Positions 10,406-20,666 of a DNA stretch of 64,000 nucleotides are shown here, one piece after another (position 1 is the first letter of the stretch; each line of letters starts with the position of its first letter). Made by a program: the position numbers and the translations under genes. The notes beneath the pieces were generated by a model that saw only the letters and a list, made by a program, of their open reading frames with translations, was not told the origin of the DNA and ran no database searches. Source of the DNA: Acidimicrobiia bacterium (GTDB taxonomy: Bacteria > Actinomycetota > Acidimicrobiia > Spongiisociales > ZC4RG35); the NCBI GenBank assembly GCA_965215185.1, contig OZ244034.1:3040001-3104000 (forward strand). Direction: 5' to 3'.

Positions 10406-11218
10406 TTGGACAGCGATCTGCGAGGTAAGACAGCGCTTATCACCGGCGGTTCGACGGGGATCGGCCGGTCCATAGCGCTCGCGCTCGGCGCTGAAGGTGT
10501 CGCGTTGGCCGTGGCGAGTCGCAATCCCGACCAGGGAGCCATCGAAGAGATGAGAGGGCTCGGAGTCACCGCTCTCGCGATTCCCGCCGACCTCAGCACC
10601 GAGAAAGGCGCAATACACGCCGTACGGACGACCATCCGGTCACTTGGAAGGCTCGACTTGCTCGTCGTCAATGCCGCGACCGCCCATCATGAACCGGTGA
10701 CGAAGGTCACGACCTCGAATTGGGAATACACGCTTCGGACCAACTTGACGGGCGTGATGTGGCTATGCCGGAAAGCCGGCGCCGCCATGATCGAACGCGG
10801 TGCCGGCTCTGTGCTCGTCGTAGGGTCGACCGCCCAGTACTTTCGCGCTCCGGCGCAGTCGGCCTATCACGTGAGCAAGACCGCACTTGCCGCGTACGCT
10901 TCTGCGCTCGCCGTGGAGTTGGCGCCACACGGCATAAGGGTCAACATGCTGGTGCCCGGCAGTTTTCCCACCGCGCTCAACGCGCCGTTGCGAGAGAAGG
11001 ACGGTGAACGACTACTGGCCGATATCCCGTTGGGTCGGCAAGGCGAGCCCTCCGAGTGCGGACCGGCGGCGGTCTTTCTGCTCTCCGATAGGCTTGCCTC
11101 ATATGTCACGGGTGCCGAGCTGGCCGTAACCGGGGGCATGCACTTGAGACCCTTCGTACGGATCAGCCGCCGGGAGTTGAAGGCGTTGAACGAACCCGAC
11201 CTTGCCGAGGCCACATGA
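10406..11218 (+). CDS. SDR family oxidoreductase
   Basis: TGGSTGIG and YHVSK (YxxxK). Confidence 0.9.
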   Translation: MDSDLRGKTALITGGSTGIGRSIALALGAEGVALAVASRNPDQGAIEEMRGLGVTALAIPADLSTEKGAIHAVRTTIRSLGRLDLLVVNAATAHHEPVTKVTTSNWEYTLRTNLTGVMWLCRKAGAAMIERGAGSVLVVGSTAQYFRAPAQSAYHVSKTALAAYASALAVELAPHGIRVNMLVPGSFPTALNAPLREKDGERLLADIPLGRQGEPSECGPAAVFLLSDRLASYVTGAELAVTGGMHLRPFVRISRRELKALNEPDLAEAT

Positions 11219-12348
11219 AAGAGACCAAAGACGGGCGCGAATTGACGGTCGCGATCGTTGGTGCCGGATTCATGGGTGATACCCATGCGTACGGGTATCG
11301 GCGGGTGCGTAGCCTGCGCGCCCCTCCGGTCGTCCTCCCCAACCTTCGCAAGGTCGTAGACATCGATGCGGAGGCGGCACGGTCGTTGGCGGCGCGGTGG
11401 GGTGTGCCGGAGTGGTCGACGGATTGGGAGGCGGTGGTTGCGGACGACGGGATCGATTTGGTGGATGTCTGTACTACCCCCGATGTCCATCGGGAGATCG
11501 GTGTGGCTGCTGCCGAGGCAGGTAAGAGCGTCTACTGCGAGAAACCGGTCGGTCGGAACGTCGGGGAGACTGCGGCTTTGGCGGCTGCGATTCGGGATGG
11601 TGGTGTTTTCGGTTACGTGGGTTTCACGTATCGGTGGACACCGGCGGTTGTGCTGGCCAGGAGCCTTATCGCGGGGGGACGGATCGGTGAGATCCGTGAG
11701 ATCCACTTCGGCTATCAGTCCTCGCCGTTCGCAGATGCCAACCGGCCCTGGTACTGGAAATTCGCAGAGGATGCCGGCGGTGGTGGGGCTTTGGCCGATC
11801 AGGGGTCGCATGCGTTCGATATGGCCCGGTTCCTGGTGGGGGAGGTGTCTCGTGTTTCGGGTTACACGCGGATAGCCGTGCGGCAGCGGCCGGATCCTGA
11901 TGCGGTGGCGCCTGGCGCCATGCTCGAGGTCGAGAACGACGACCAGTGGGCGGCGTTTGTGGAGTTCAGGAACGGGGCCTATGGGACTCTGCATGGAAGC
12001 CGGGTCGCTCACGGCACCGCGACCGAGTTCGGGTTCGAGGCCTACGGTGCGTTGGGGGCGCTTCGGTGGAACATTCAGAGGATGAACGAGTTGGAGATCT
12101 ACGAGACCTGCGATGATGCTCTGGACGGTTTTCGTACGGTCCGTATCGGTCCTGAGCATCCGATTCACGGCGACTACGTTCCCCGGCGGGGCCATTCGGT
12201 GGGTTTCAACGACTTGAAAGCGATTGAGATCGCTGGGTTGTTGACGGCGCTGGCTGAGGGGAGATCCCCGGAGCCGAGCATGGAGGATGCTCTCTCGGTT
12301 GCTCGGATCGTCGATGCTGTGCCACTGCGGCAATGGGTGGATCTGTAA
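11215..12348 (+). CDS. Gfo/Idh/MocA family oxidoreductase (copy 2)
   Basis: Same motifs as copy 1; overlaps the SDR stop codon (ATGA). Confidence 0.9.
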   Translation: MKETKDGRELTVAIVGAGFMGDTHAYGYRRVRSLRAPPVVLPNLRKVVDIDAEAARSLAARWGVPEWSTDWEAVVADDGIDLVDVCTTPDVHREIGVAAAEAGKSVYCEKPVGRNVGETAALAAAIRDGGVFGYVGFTYRWTPAVVLARSLIAGGRIGEIREIHFGYQSSPFADANRPWYWKFAEDAGGGGALADQGSHAFDMARFLVGEVSRVSGYTRIAVRQRPDPDAVAPGAMLEVENDDQWAAFVEFRNGAYGTLHGSRVAHGTATEFGFEAYGALGALRWNIQRMNELEIYETCDDALDGFRTVRIGPEHPIHGDYVPRRGHSVGFNDLKAIEIAGLLTALAEGRSPEPSMEDALSVARIVDAVPLRQWVDL

Positions 12349-12374
12349 ATGGACACCAGCTAGGGAGCGACGCT

Positions 12375-13064
12375 ATGACAAGGTTATCCTCGATGGTCGG
12401 TTCAATGGCGGGGCCGGTTTCCCCTGACGACTTGGCAACTTTCCAACGGGCCGGTGTGGCGACGACGGTCGAGTCCCTGGGGGTTCCGCAGGGCTATTAC
12501 CAGATGATGTCCCCGGAGATGGTTCGGCGCACTTCACAGCTGTGTATCGCGGGTCAGGCCGTCACCGTCGCGAATGGTCACAATGACAACCTGATGATGC
12601 ATGTCGCTCTTGAGGTCGCTGGATCGGGCCAGGTGCTCGTGATTACCGGAACCGGTCCGATGGGAGTCTCTTGGGGGGAGATGGTGACTGTGGGCGCTAT
12701 GGCGAAGGGGATCACCGGTGTGATCGTCGATGGTTCGGCGCGCGACGTGGACGGAATCAATCGTCTCGGTTTCCCGGTGTGGGCTACTTCGGTTCGGCCT
12801 TTCGGTGCCGGTAAGGAGGCTATTGGTAGTGTCAATAGGCCGGTGATGTGTGCGGGGGTCCACATGTCACCTGGCGATGTCGTGGTAGCTGATGGTGACG
12901 GGGTGGTGGTCGTGCCGTACGGGCAGGTCGCCGCTGTTGCAGCCGCCGCGTCGGTCCGCACCGAACGCGAGGTTGGTTTACGTTTGGCCGCCGAAGGCGG
13001 GGCCATGCCGGGGAGGGTCGCGGGACATCTCGACGGTATCGACTTCGATATCGGGAGCGGGTAG
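12375..13064 (+). CDS. RraA family / HMG-CHA aldolase-like protein
   Basis: AGQAVTV, DNL, GEM, DGSARDV, GDVVVADGDGVVVVP. Confidence 0.85.
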   Translation: MTRLSSMVGSMAGPVSPDDLATFQRAGVATTVESLGVPQGYYQMMSPEMVRRTSQLCIAGQAVTVANGHNDNLMMHVALEVAGSGQVLVITGTGPMGVSWGEMVTVGAMAKGITGVIVDGSARDVDGINRLGFPVWATSVRPFGAGKEAIGSVNRPVMCAGVHMSPGDVVVADGDGVVVVPYGQVAAVAAAASVRTEREVGLRLAAEGGAMPGRVAGHLDGIDFDIGSG

Positions 13065-13182
13065 CCACCAGGAGGTTTCTCCGGCTCTAATTGCGAGCCC
13101 TTTCTCGGGGGCGGCTGGGGTCGTTTCGGGCTATGGTTGATTCATCGGTTCGGGGATAAACATCCCGGACGAGGAGGATGCT

Positions 13183-14445
13183 ATGAAGAGGCAATCGCGT
13201 ATCCGAGCAGTCTTCGGGCTACTGATGGCTTTCGTATTGGTGGCCGCCGCTTGCGGCGCCGACGAAGAGCCCGCTACCACCACGGCGGCACCAGCCCCGG
13301 TAGTCACCGAGGCACCGATGACACCGCTCACGCTGCGTCTGGGACGCTTTCCGGGCGGAGCCGGGGCCGCTTTCGTCACCCAGTTCATGATCAATGAGGA
13401 TCTGGTTCAGGAAGCTGGCCACGAGTTCGGTTACGACCTCGACGTCGAGTGGCTGAACATGGCCAATGCAGTCGCCACTGCGCAGGCGCTGCTGTCCGGC
13501 GAACTGGACATAGGACCGATGGGAAGCGCAGCCTACATAGCGTTGGTCGTCGAGGAACAGGCGGTGACTCCCATCGCCGTCGCGGAGGGGAACTATAAGT
13601 TCGTCATTTCTGTCAGGGGTGACTCCGACATACGGAACCCGCAGGACCTCGTTGGCCGGAAGGTGGGAACCATCTTCGGTACCGGCCTGGTCGACGCACT
13701 CTCAGCGATGATCGAACCCATCTTTGGCACCGCTGATCCGGAAGAGGCCGGTATGGAGCTCGTCAACGTCGCCGGCGTTGCCGCGCTGGCCCAGGTTGCC
13801 GAAGGACTGGACGCCGCGATTGCAACCGTGCCTGCGTGGCTGGCCGCTCGAGAGGAGCTCGGCGTATCGGCCATCTACAACTCGTACGGATATACCGAGG
13901 ACCACTACGACGGACCTCTTGGAACTGGAGCAGGAATCCTGATTCCGGAAGCCGAGAACTCCCCCTTCTGGCCCGACGGGTTCGTCAGCCATCGCGCTAT
14001 CACCGTGGCTACCGACGACATCATCGCAGAGCACCCTGGTGCGGTTGCGGCCTACCTCCTTGCGACCCATCGGGCCATCGAGGAGCTCCAGGGACGCACT
14101 GCTGCCAACGTCGCGTCGCTTTCGGCGGCGGACTGGGGCCTCCAGCCGAAGACGGCTTCTCAGCTCGTCACGAACGAGATGCTCCTGCGGCGTGGTTGGG
14201 CGTGGCTTACCGAAGGGGAGGCCGACGTGATGACACTGCAGGGAGTCCTACTCCTTGCGGCAGGTGCGCTCTCGAGCGAGGCCGAATGGGATGCCATGGC
14301 AGCGAGTCTTGCCAAGGGCGGTGAGGTGGCCAAGATGGCCTATGACGCCGCCGGCGGTGTTCCCACGGCGGATGTGTTCGTGGAAGAAGGAATCGACAAA
14401 CGTGGCCTCCCCACTTGGGAGGCAGACAGTTGGACGGCGCCCTAG
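13183..14445 (+). CDS. ABC substrate-binding lipoprotein, TauA/SsuA-like
   Basis: Lipobox, ALLSGELDIG, DLVGRKVG; followed by NitT/TauT-type permeases. Confidence 0.8.
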   Translation: MKRQSRIRAVFGLLMAFVLVAAACGADEEPATTTAAPAPVVTEAPMTPLTLRLGRFPGGAGAAFVTQFMINEDLVQEAGHEFGYDLDVEWLNMANAVATAQALLSGELDIGPMGSAAYIALVVEEQAVTPIAVAEGNYKFVISVRGDSDIRNPQDLVGRKVGTIFGTGLVDALSAMIEPIFGTADPEEAGMELVNVAGVAALAQVAEGLDAAIATVPAWLAAREELGVSAIYNSYGYTEDHYDGPLGTGAGILIPEAENSPFWPDGFVSHRAITVATDDIIAEHPGAVAAYLLATHRAIEELQGRTAANVASLSAADWGLQPKTASQLVTNEMLLRRGWAWLTEGEADVMTLQGVLLLAAGALSSEAEWDAMAASLAKGGEVAKMAYDAAGGVPTADVFVEEGIDKRGLPTWEADSWTAP

Positions 14446-14546
14446 GAGAAGTACTGAACAATGACGATTGCTGTCGGCCCGTCGCTCGCTGACCTGGCAC
14501 TTTGCTTTGACCGACGGGCCGCTGGCCGATTGCTCAGCACTCTTCT
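14444..14546. mobile_element. Small MITE-like element (family B), related to 38907-39063
   Basis: 26-bp exact match GAACAATGACGATTGCTGTCGGCCCG (14456 and 38917); imperfect inverted ends GGAGAAGTACTGAACAA / TTGCTCAGCACTCTTC; preceded by CTAG. Confidence 0.5.
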
Positions 14547-14641
14547 GGACGGGCTCGTTTCCTGAGCCCGGAGGGATCGACTGTGGTCGGCGGAGCAGAG
14601 ATCAGTCGGAGGTCGCAATCGCCAGATTACGGAGTGGCCCT

Positions 14642-15457
14642 TTGACCGCACTGCAGGCCAACCGGATCGACGGTCCTGGGAAACGCCGGTGGATCCGGCT
14701 TGGAGGCCGCGGAGTCCTTCGCTATGCGCGGTCGATCGGCGCGGTCGTGTTGATCTGGTACTACTTGGCGAACCGGATCGACAACCATGTCCTCCTCCCC
14801 ACCCCGGATCGAGTGGTCCGTAGCGTCTACCGCTTAGTGACCGGAGGCGGCCTACTCGAGGACTACACCATCAGCGTTCAGCGGCTGCTCATCAGCTACG
14901 CTGCCGCCGCCGCCGTTGCGATCATCCTCGGTGTCGCCATGGGCCTAAGTAGAGTCGTGAACGAGTTCTTCGATCCTGTCGTCGAGTTGCTCCGACCGAT
15001 ATCGGCGCTGGCCTGGATCCCGCTCCTGCTCGCCCTCATCGGTGTCTCGAAAACGCTTCCCTTCATCATCATCTTCTCCATCGCCCTATTCCCGTTCCTC
15101 TTGAACACTGTCGGCGGAATCCGTGGTGCCAATCCTGTGCTGATCAGAGCCGTGCGGACCATGGGCGTTGGGGGACTCACCATCGTTCGCCGGGTCGTCC
15201 TACCCGGCGCTCTGCCGTCCGTTCTAACCGGAGCGCGCATCGCGATGGGGAACGCGTGGATGGCGCTGATTGCATCTGAGCTCATCGGAGCTCCCGACGG
15301 ACTTGGATACAACATCATCTTCTTCGGCTCGACGTTGAGGACGGCAGACATGATCGCGGTGATCGTCATCATTGCCATCTCCGGCTACTTGACCGACCTG
15401 CTGCTTCGAATGTTGCAACGCCGCCTGACGCCCTGGAGACCCGCCGATGTCACGTGA
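14642..15457 (+). CDS. NitT/TauT ABC permease
   Basis: LLRPISALAWIPL, VLPGALP, ELIGAPDGLG. Start is uncertain (TTG after GGAG). Confidence 0.85.
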   Translation: MTALQANRIDGPGKRRWIRLGGRGVLRYARSIGAVVLIWYYLANRIDNHVLLPTPDRVVRSVYRLVTGGGLLEDYTISVQRLLISYAAAAAVAIILGVAMGLSRVVNEFFDPVVELLRPISALAWIPLLLALIGVSKTLPFIIIFSIALFPFLLNTVGGIRGANPVLIRAVRTMGVGGLTIVRRVVLPGALPSVLTGARIAMGNAWMALIASELIGAPDGLGYNIIFFGSTLRTADMIAVIVIIAISGYLTDLLLRMLQRRLTPWRPADVT

Positions 15458-16328
15458 CCGCTTCCTCAGGGTGGCTAGGACCCGACGAAACAGGTGGTGG
15501 CGGTACCGGCGCCCGGTGATGTCGCGTGACCGGCTCCTCACCGTCGCTCGGATGGTCGCGATTCCTGTCCTTATTGTGGTCGCATGGCAGATCTGGGGCA
15601 CCAGACTTCCGGAGAACAGCAATGTGCCTGTGCCGTCGGAGGTGGTCGAGGGGGCGATCTTTCTGATATCGTCCGGTGATCTCCAACTAGCCGTTTGGAT
15701 CAGCCTCCGGCGTGTGCTCTCAGGGTTCCTGATCGCTCTCGCGATCGGGGTTCCGGTCGGCCTGCTCATGGGGATGTTGCGCCCGGTCGAGCGTAACGCC
15801 GACCCGGTCGTTCACACGTTCCGGATGATCGCGCCCATCGCCCTGGTGCCTCTCGCGATCGTGTGGTTCGGGCCTCGCGGCACCGCCGCCATCTTCATCG
15901 TGGCCTACGGCGCGGTCTTCCCGATCATCCTCAATACCATCAACGGCGTCAAGGAGGTCGACCGGCTGCTTGTCAAGGCCTCCCGTACAATGGGACTCCG
16001 GACCCTCAAGATCCTCAGGAGAGTGATACTGCCCGGTGCCCTGCCGAGTGTCTACACAGGGGTCAGGATCGCCATGGGGATGGCGTGGGGAGCCATCATC
16101 GCTGCCGAGTTGACCGTGGGATTCAAGGCGTACCCATCGGCAGAAGGAGTAGGTCTCCGCAGCGGTGCCGGGGGTGGAATCGGCTTCATGATGTTCTTTC
16201 TCTACGACAACCGGGTCGCCACCGACCTCATCGTTGTCACGATCATCGCGGTCGGCGCTGTGGCCTTTGCCTCCGACCGTGTTCTCAGATACGTCGCACG
16301 AAAGGGAATGCCATGGGCTCGTCTATGA
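15447..16328 (+). CDS. NitT/TauT ABC permease
   Basis: IAPIALVPLAIVWFG, ILPGALP, IAAEL. Confidence 0.88.
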   Translation: MSRDRFLRVARTRRNRWWRYRRPVMSRDRLLTVARMVAIPVLIVVAWQIWGTRLPENSNVPVPSEVVEGAIFLISSGDLQLAVWISLRRVLSGFLIALAIGVPVGLLMGMLRPVERNADPVVHTFRMIAPIALVPLAIVWFGPRGTAAIFIVAYGAVFPIILNTINGVKEVDRLLVKASRTMGLRTLKILRRVILPGALPSVYTGVRIAMGMAWGAIIAAELTVGFKAYPSAEGVGLRSGAGGGIGFMMFFLYDNRVATDLIVVTIIAVGAVAFASDRVLRYVARKGMPWARL

Positions 16329-17140
16329 GCGAAACCGACGCGGTCATCGTTCTCGATGACGTCTCGAAGACCTTTTGGGTGGAGCGAACACGAGAGTCTG
16401 TAAATGCGGTCGAGAGTTGCACGCTCGATGTGAGTCGCGGGGAGTTTTTCACGGTGGTTGGCCCTTCAGGCTGTGGCAAGACCACAATCCTCGGAATGAT
16501 CGCGGGTTTCGAGGCGCCGTCCTCGGGACGGATCACGATGCACGGGGAGACCATTCATACGACGAGCGCCGAACGGGGCATGCTCTTTCAGGAGTACGCG
16601 TTGTTACCTTGGAAGACGGCGAGCGGCAATGTCGAGTTCGGCCTGAAATATGGACCGAAGAAGTACTCTAGGGCGGAACGGGCCGAGATCGTGCAGCGCC
16701 ACATCGATCTCGTTCGCCTGACCGGCTCGGAGAGCAAGTATCCACACGAGCTGTCCGGAGGTATGCGCCAGCGCTGTGCGCTCGCCAGGCTTCTGGCCTA
16801 TGACCCTGAGGTGCTACTGATGGATGAGCCGCTGGCCGCTCTCGACGCGCAAACCCGCCGGGTCTTGCAGGAGGAGTTACTCCGCATCTGGGGCCAGCAG
16901 CGTGAGAAGGGGGATCGCAAGACGATCATCTACGTCACGCACTCCATCGAGGAGGCGGTGTTCCTGTCCGACCGCGTCGGTGTGATGAGCACGTCGCCGG
17001 GGCGGCTGAAGGAGATCGTGGACATCGACATACCCCGGCCACGCACCGAGGAGTCGCGGGGACTACCACGCATCGCCGAACTCGAACATAAGATATGGAA
17101 CCTCATTCGCGAGGATGCCCATAGGGCAGCGCTCGAGTAG
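16325..17140 (+). CDS. NitT/TauT ABC ATP-binding protein
   Basis: GPSGCGKT, LSGGMRQR, LLMDEP, VTHSIEEA. Confidence 0.9.
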   Translation: MSETDAVIVLDDVSKTFWVERTRESVNAVESCTLDVSRGEFFTVVGPSGCGKTTILGMIAGFEAPSSGRITMHGETIHTTSAERGMLFQEYALLPWKTASGNVEFGLKYGPKKYSRAERAEIVQRHIDLVRLTGSESKYPHELSGGMRQRCALARLLAYDPEVLLMDEPLAALDAQTRRVLQEELLRIWGQQREKGDRKTIIYVTHSIEEAVFLSDRVGVMSTSPGRLKEIVDIDIPRPRTEESRGLPRIAELEHKIWNLIREDAHRAALE

Positions 17141-17262
17141 CGCTACGAACGCAAGCCGGCCGCGTCTCCTAACAGGTTGACCGTCCGCGCGGTCGCAGCT
17201 ATGGTTGGATCGATTGAAACAACGATGTGTGAGTCTCCGACGACGTTGGATTTGGCGGTGCC

Positions 17263-17709
17263 ATGATCGAGTTCGACCCTGATAACCGGACTGTCGACAT
17301 TGCTATCACATGCCACGACTTCGACCAGTCGTTGAGGTTCTACAGAGACATCCTCGGCTTCGATGTAGTCGTCGATTTGGAGGTCTCCGCAGAAATAGCA
17401 ACCGGGCTCGGCCTCGCTTCCCGTGGTTTCCACCATGTACGGTTACGAGCAGGCAACACCCTGATCAAGCTCATGGACATCGAACCACCACCGGGCGAGG
17501 CGACCCACTCCTTTGCTGCCGGTGTCCGCTGGCTGACGATCTTCGTGAAGAATGTCGAAGCCACTTGGGACTACCTCAAGAAGAGGGGCGTCGACTTCGC
17601 CACCGATCCGTACACCGTCCGTGCAGAGGATGAACAGCCGGGCGTACACGGATCAGCCGTGGCGGCTATCGCTCCTGACGGACTGCTTGTTGAGTTCGTC
17701 CAGGCATAG
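17263..17709 (+). CDS. VOC/glyoxalase family protein
   Basis: SLRFYRDILGF ... APDGLLVEF; paralog of 20667-21089. Confidence 0.85.
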   Translation: MIEFDPDNRTVDIAITCHDFDQSLRFYRDILGFDVVVDLEVSAEIATGLGLASRGFHHVRLRAGNTLIKLMDIEPPPGEATHSFAAGVRWLTIFVKNVEATWDYLKKRGVDFATDPYTVRAEDEQPGVHGSAVAAIAPDGLLVEFVQA

Positions 17710-17771
17710 CCACTAACGATCGGCTGCAAGTAGACGCGGCCCAGGTCGGCCACGAGGAAGGAAAGCGACAG

Positions 17772-19052
17772 GTGGTGGCTGCTAGCACCCGAAGGATGCC
17801 TGAGACTCGCACGAGGCTACTCCCGGATATCGAAGAAGCCTTGGCATCGGGGGCCATTCATCGCAACCCCCACCCGGTGTACAGGGCCCTGCGCGAGGAG
17901 ACGCCTGTCTACTGGAGTGGCCTCCTCAAGCAGTGGCTGGTCACGTCGTATGACCTGGTAGTAGAGGTCCTTCTCAATTCGACAGTTTTCTCGAACTACG
18001 GGTACGAGTCGAGCTACATCGAGCGGCTCCCTACCGAGTTCCTGATCGAGGTCGACACCCTTCGCCATCACTGGAAGCAGGAGGGGCTCATGCATTCCGG
18101 CGGGCCGAAACACACTCGTCTCAGGCGCGCGGTAGGCCCCTCTTTTACCCCGAAGGTGGTTTCCCGCCTCGAGGAGCGAATCCAGGATCGCGTCACGCAT
18201 CTTCTCGAGAATGCAAAGGCGCGTTACGATCATCAGTACGAAGTCATCCAAGGTCTGGCACAACCGCTCCCCGTAACCGTCCTCGCAGATGTGCTTGGAG
18301 TTCCCGAGAGGCATCGAGACCGCTTTCCGGTCTGGTCGGCGAGCGTTCTCCGGTTCTTTGGTAGCCCGCAACCCGACCCCCTCAATGCCGCCGAACTCGA
18401 TGCCAACCTCGTTGATTGGAGGCGCCTGGTTAGCGATCTGCTACACAGCCGTTCTCGATGTCCCCGGGATGACTTTCTTACTACGGTCGCGAGAGCCATC
18501 GATAACGCTCAGATGTCTGCCGAAGACGGTCTGGCTATCTGCGTTCATCTTCTGATCGCCGGTCATGAGACCACGACCAATCTGATCGGCAACACCATCT
18601 ACTGTCTTGTCACGCGTCCCGACCAGCTTGAAGAGGCGCGTGGATCGACGGAAGCTCTGCAGAGTGCCGTTGAGGAGACGCTCCGCTACGAACCGCCCAT
18701 AGCGCGGATCAGGCGGGTGTGCGCTAAGAGCTACGAGCTAGGCGGTGTACTCATTCGCAAGGGAGAACCGGTAGTGGCGGTAGTTGCAGCTGCGCATCGT
18801 GATCCCCAGACCTTTCAACGGCCCGACGAGTTTGATCTCCATAGGGAGATGCCGAGGAGAGGGCATCTTGCCTTTGGCCTGGGACCCCATTTCTGCCTCG
18901 GGGCTCCCCTCGCCCGTTTGGAAGCCGTGGTCGCAGTACGGCAATTCCTCGATCGGTTTCCAGAGATACGTCTCGCACCCTCGACTGCACCGGCTTGGCG
19001 AGAGTCGATCAACCACCGGGGTCTCGAGAGCCTGTTGCTCGACACGGGATGA
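17772..19052 (+). CDS. Cytochrome P450
   Basis: AGHETT I-helix, EETLR (ExxR), FGLGPHFCLG heme motif. Confidence 0.95.
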   Translation: MVAASTRRMPETRTRLLPDIEEALASGAIHRNPHPVYRALREETPVYWSGLLKQWLVTSYDLVVEVLLNSTVFSNYGYESSYIERLPTEFLIEVDTLRHHWKQEGLMHSGGPKHTRLRRAVGPSFTPKVVSRLEERIQDRVTHLLENAKARYDHQYEVIQGLAQPLPVTVLADVLGVPERHRDRFPVWSASVLRFFGSPQPDPLNAAELDANLVDWRRLVSDLLHSRSRCPRDDFLTTVARAIDNAQMSAEDGLAICVHLLIAGHETTTNLIGNTIYCLVTRPDQLEEARGSTEALQSAVEETLRYEPPIARIRRVCAKSYELGGVLIRKGEPVVAVVAAAHRDPQTFQRPDEFDLHREMPRRGHLAFGLGPHFCLGAPLARLEAVVAVRQFLDRFPEIRLAPSTAPAWRESINHRGLESLLLDTG

Positions 19053-19099
19053 GCCGGCCCAGGCGTCGCTCACAAGAGTGCCCTGCTGGCCGCTGCACA

Positions 19100-19984
19100 T
19101 CAGCCCAGCCCGAGTAAGCGCCGCGGGTTATGGGCTGAGATGGCCTGCCAAGCGGCCTCCGACAATCCGGCCGACTTCAGAGCCGTCACGTATTGCTCCA
19201 CGTTGACCGCCGGATAGGAGGTCCCGAAGAGCATCCGATCCATCAGAAACCCGTTCGCCGCAAGCGTGTAGTCGGATCTACCGGGAAGATTGGCCCAGTA
19301 GAGGTCCGGCATCACCCAGAAGTTGGGGCGCCGCCACGCTACGCCGAGGGTCTCGGTGACGAACGGCCAGCCTCCATGCACCGAAACCACCTGCAGGTTG
19401 GGGAAGTCGCGTGCTACCCGATCGAGGGGCGCCGGGAAGGCGTACGAGATATCGGGGTTCGCGTCGCCGCCGGACACGAAGACCGGAAGGCCGGTCGCAT
19501 CGATCTGTTCATAAACGGGATAGAGCACGGGATCATCCGCGTGCATGGGTGGATCGGCTATTCCCGGCTCGACGGTCACCCCGACAAACTCCAGTTGCCG
19601 GCAGGTAACCAGATCTGCTTCGGTATCGCCGGGAGTCAACCGAAGCGAGCCGACTCCGAGAAAGCGATCCGGGTGGGTCCGGACGAGTTCGGCCACGAAT
19701 TCGTTCGAAGTACCGCCAATGAGGTCATTGGATGCACGTGCCGCCAGCACGGCGGTGTCGACACCGGCCCGTGTCATCTCGTCGAAGAAAAGGGGAAGTG
19801 ACTGCCGTTCGAACGAAGGCGGGATATCGTATCCGCGCTGCCGGAGTCTGGCCCCCATCGCGCCAGGGGAGGTGAACATGCGCTGTTGCAGGAACTCGCC
19901 GGCAGGAGGCCTCGCCCGAAGGTCGATCGCACCCGGCATCAGGTCCCGGCTCTCATCCCCATTTGGCGGCCGGCGGCTGGTCAC
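19100..19984 (-). CDS. Amidohydrolase_2-like protein
   Basis: HPDRFLG, FPNLQVVSVHGGWP, RMLFGTSYP. Confidence 0.8.
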   Translation of the reverse strand: MTSRRPPNGDESRDLMPGAIDLRARPPAGEFLQQRMFTSPGAMGARLRQRGYDIPPSFERQSLPLFFDEMTRAGVDTAVLAARASNDLIGGTSNEFVAELVRTHPDRFLGVGSLRLTPGDTEADLVTCRQLEFVGVTVEPGIADPPMHADDPVLYPVYEQIDATGLPVFVSGGDANPDISYAFPAPLDRVARDFPNLQVVSVHGGWPFVTETLGVAWRRPNFWVMPDLYWANLPGRSDYTLAANGFLMDRMLFGTSYPAVNVEQYVTALKSAGLSEAAWQAISAHNPRRLLGLG

Positions 19985-20522
19985 CGGTCGGCAGAGGCAC
20001 CACGTCCCAGGGGTGATACGAGGCCCAGATCTTGTAGTGCAGCTCTGCCTCGGCGATCGTCCAGATGATCACCCACTGTCGCTCCGCATCGGCCTCCGAG
20101 GTGACCTGCATCGGCCAATCGCCGGAAACAGAACCAGCCAGATGTCCGTGAGTCCAACCGTCGCCGAAGTGGGCACGCACCGTGATGGGGTCAACGCCAC
20201 TCGACTTCTCGATACGATGCTTTACGCGGCGCTGCTCGGGCCAGGAGAGCAGCCAACGCACCTCGATACCTTCGCTGTGGTCGTGCACCGGTCCCTCGAT
20301 GGTCCCTGATGAGGCAAGCATCAGATCGTTGAACGCGGACAGGACGCGGGTGATCACAGGATCCAGAAGCTCCACCGCGCGCAGGAAGACGGTCTCGCGC
20401 TCAGATCGAGAACCGGCCGACTCGTACGTGTCCGATCGGAGGTCCATGAGGTGTCGCTGGTAGTCCTGCACCCGACTATCCAAAGCTATCGACGGTGACC
20501 AATTCACGGCTCTGTGCTCCAA
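19953..20522 (-). CDS. Hypothetical protein
   Basis: Protein-like ORF overlapping the amidohydrolase 5' end; no recognised motif. Confidence 0.6.
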   Translation of the reverse strand: MEHRAVNWSPSIALDSRVQDYQRHLMDLRSDTYESAGSRSERETVFLRAVELLDPVITRVLSAFNDLMLASSGTIEGPVHDHSEGIEVRWLLSWPEQRRVKHRIEKSSGVDPITVRAHFGDGWTHGHLAGSVSGDWPMQVTSEADAERQWVIIWTIAEAELHYKIWASYHPWDVVPLPTGDQPPAAKWG

Positions 20523-20666
20523 TCGGCGTGTACCGCTCTTGTAGGATCGATTCTACAAGTGGCCGGATTGCTCGATCAAATATATGATCTATCGCATCCC
20601 GGCCCACGACTCGACGGTGCCAACAGTAGTCGTTGTGGGCCGAGCTATAGCGGGGAGGAAGCCGAG

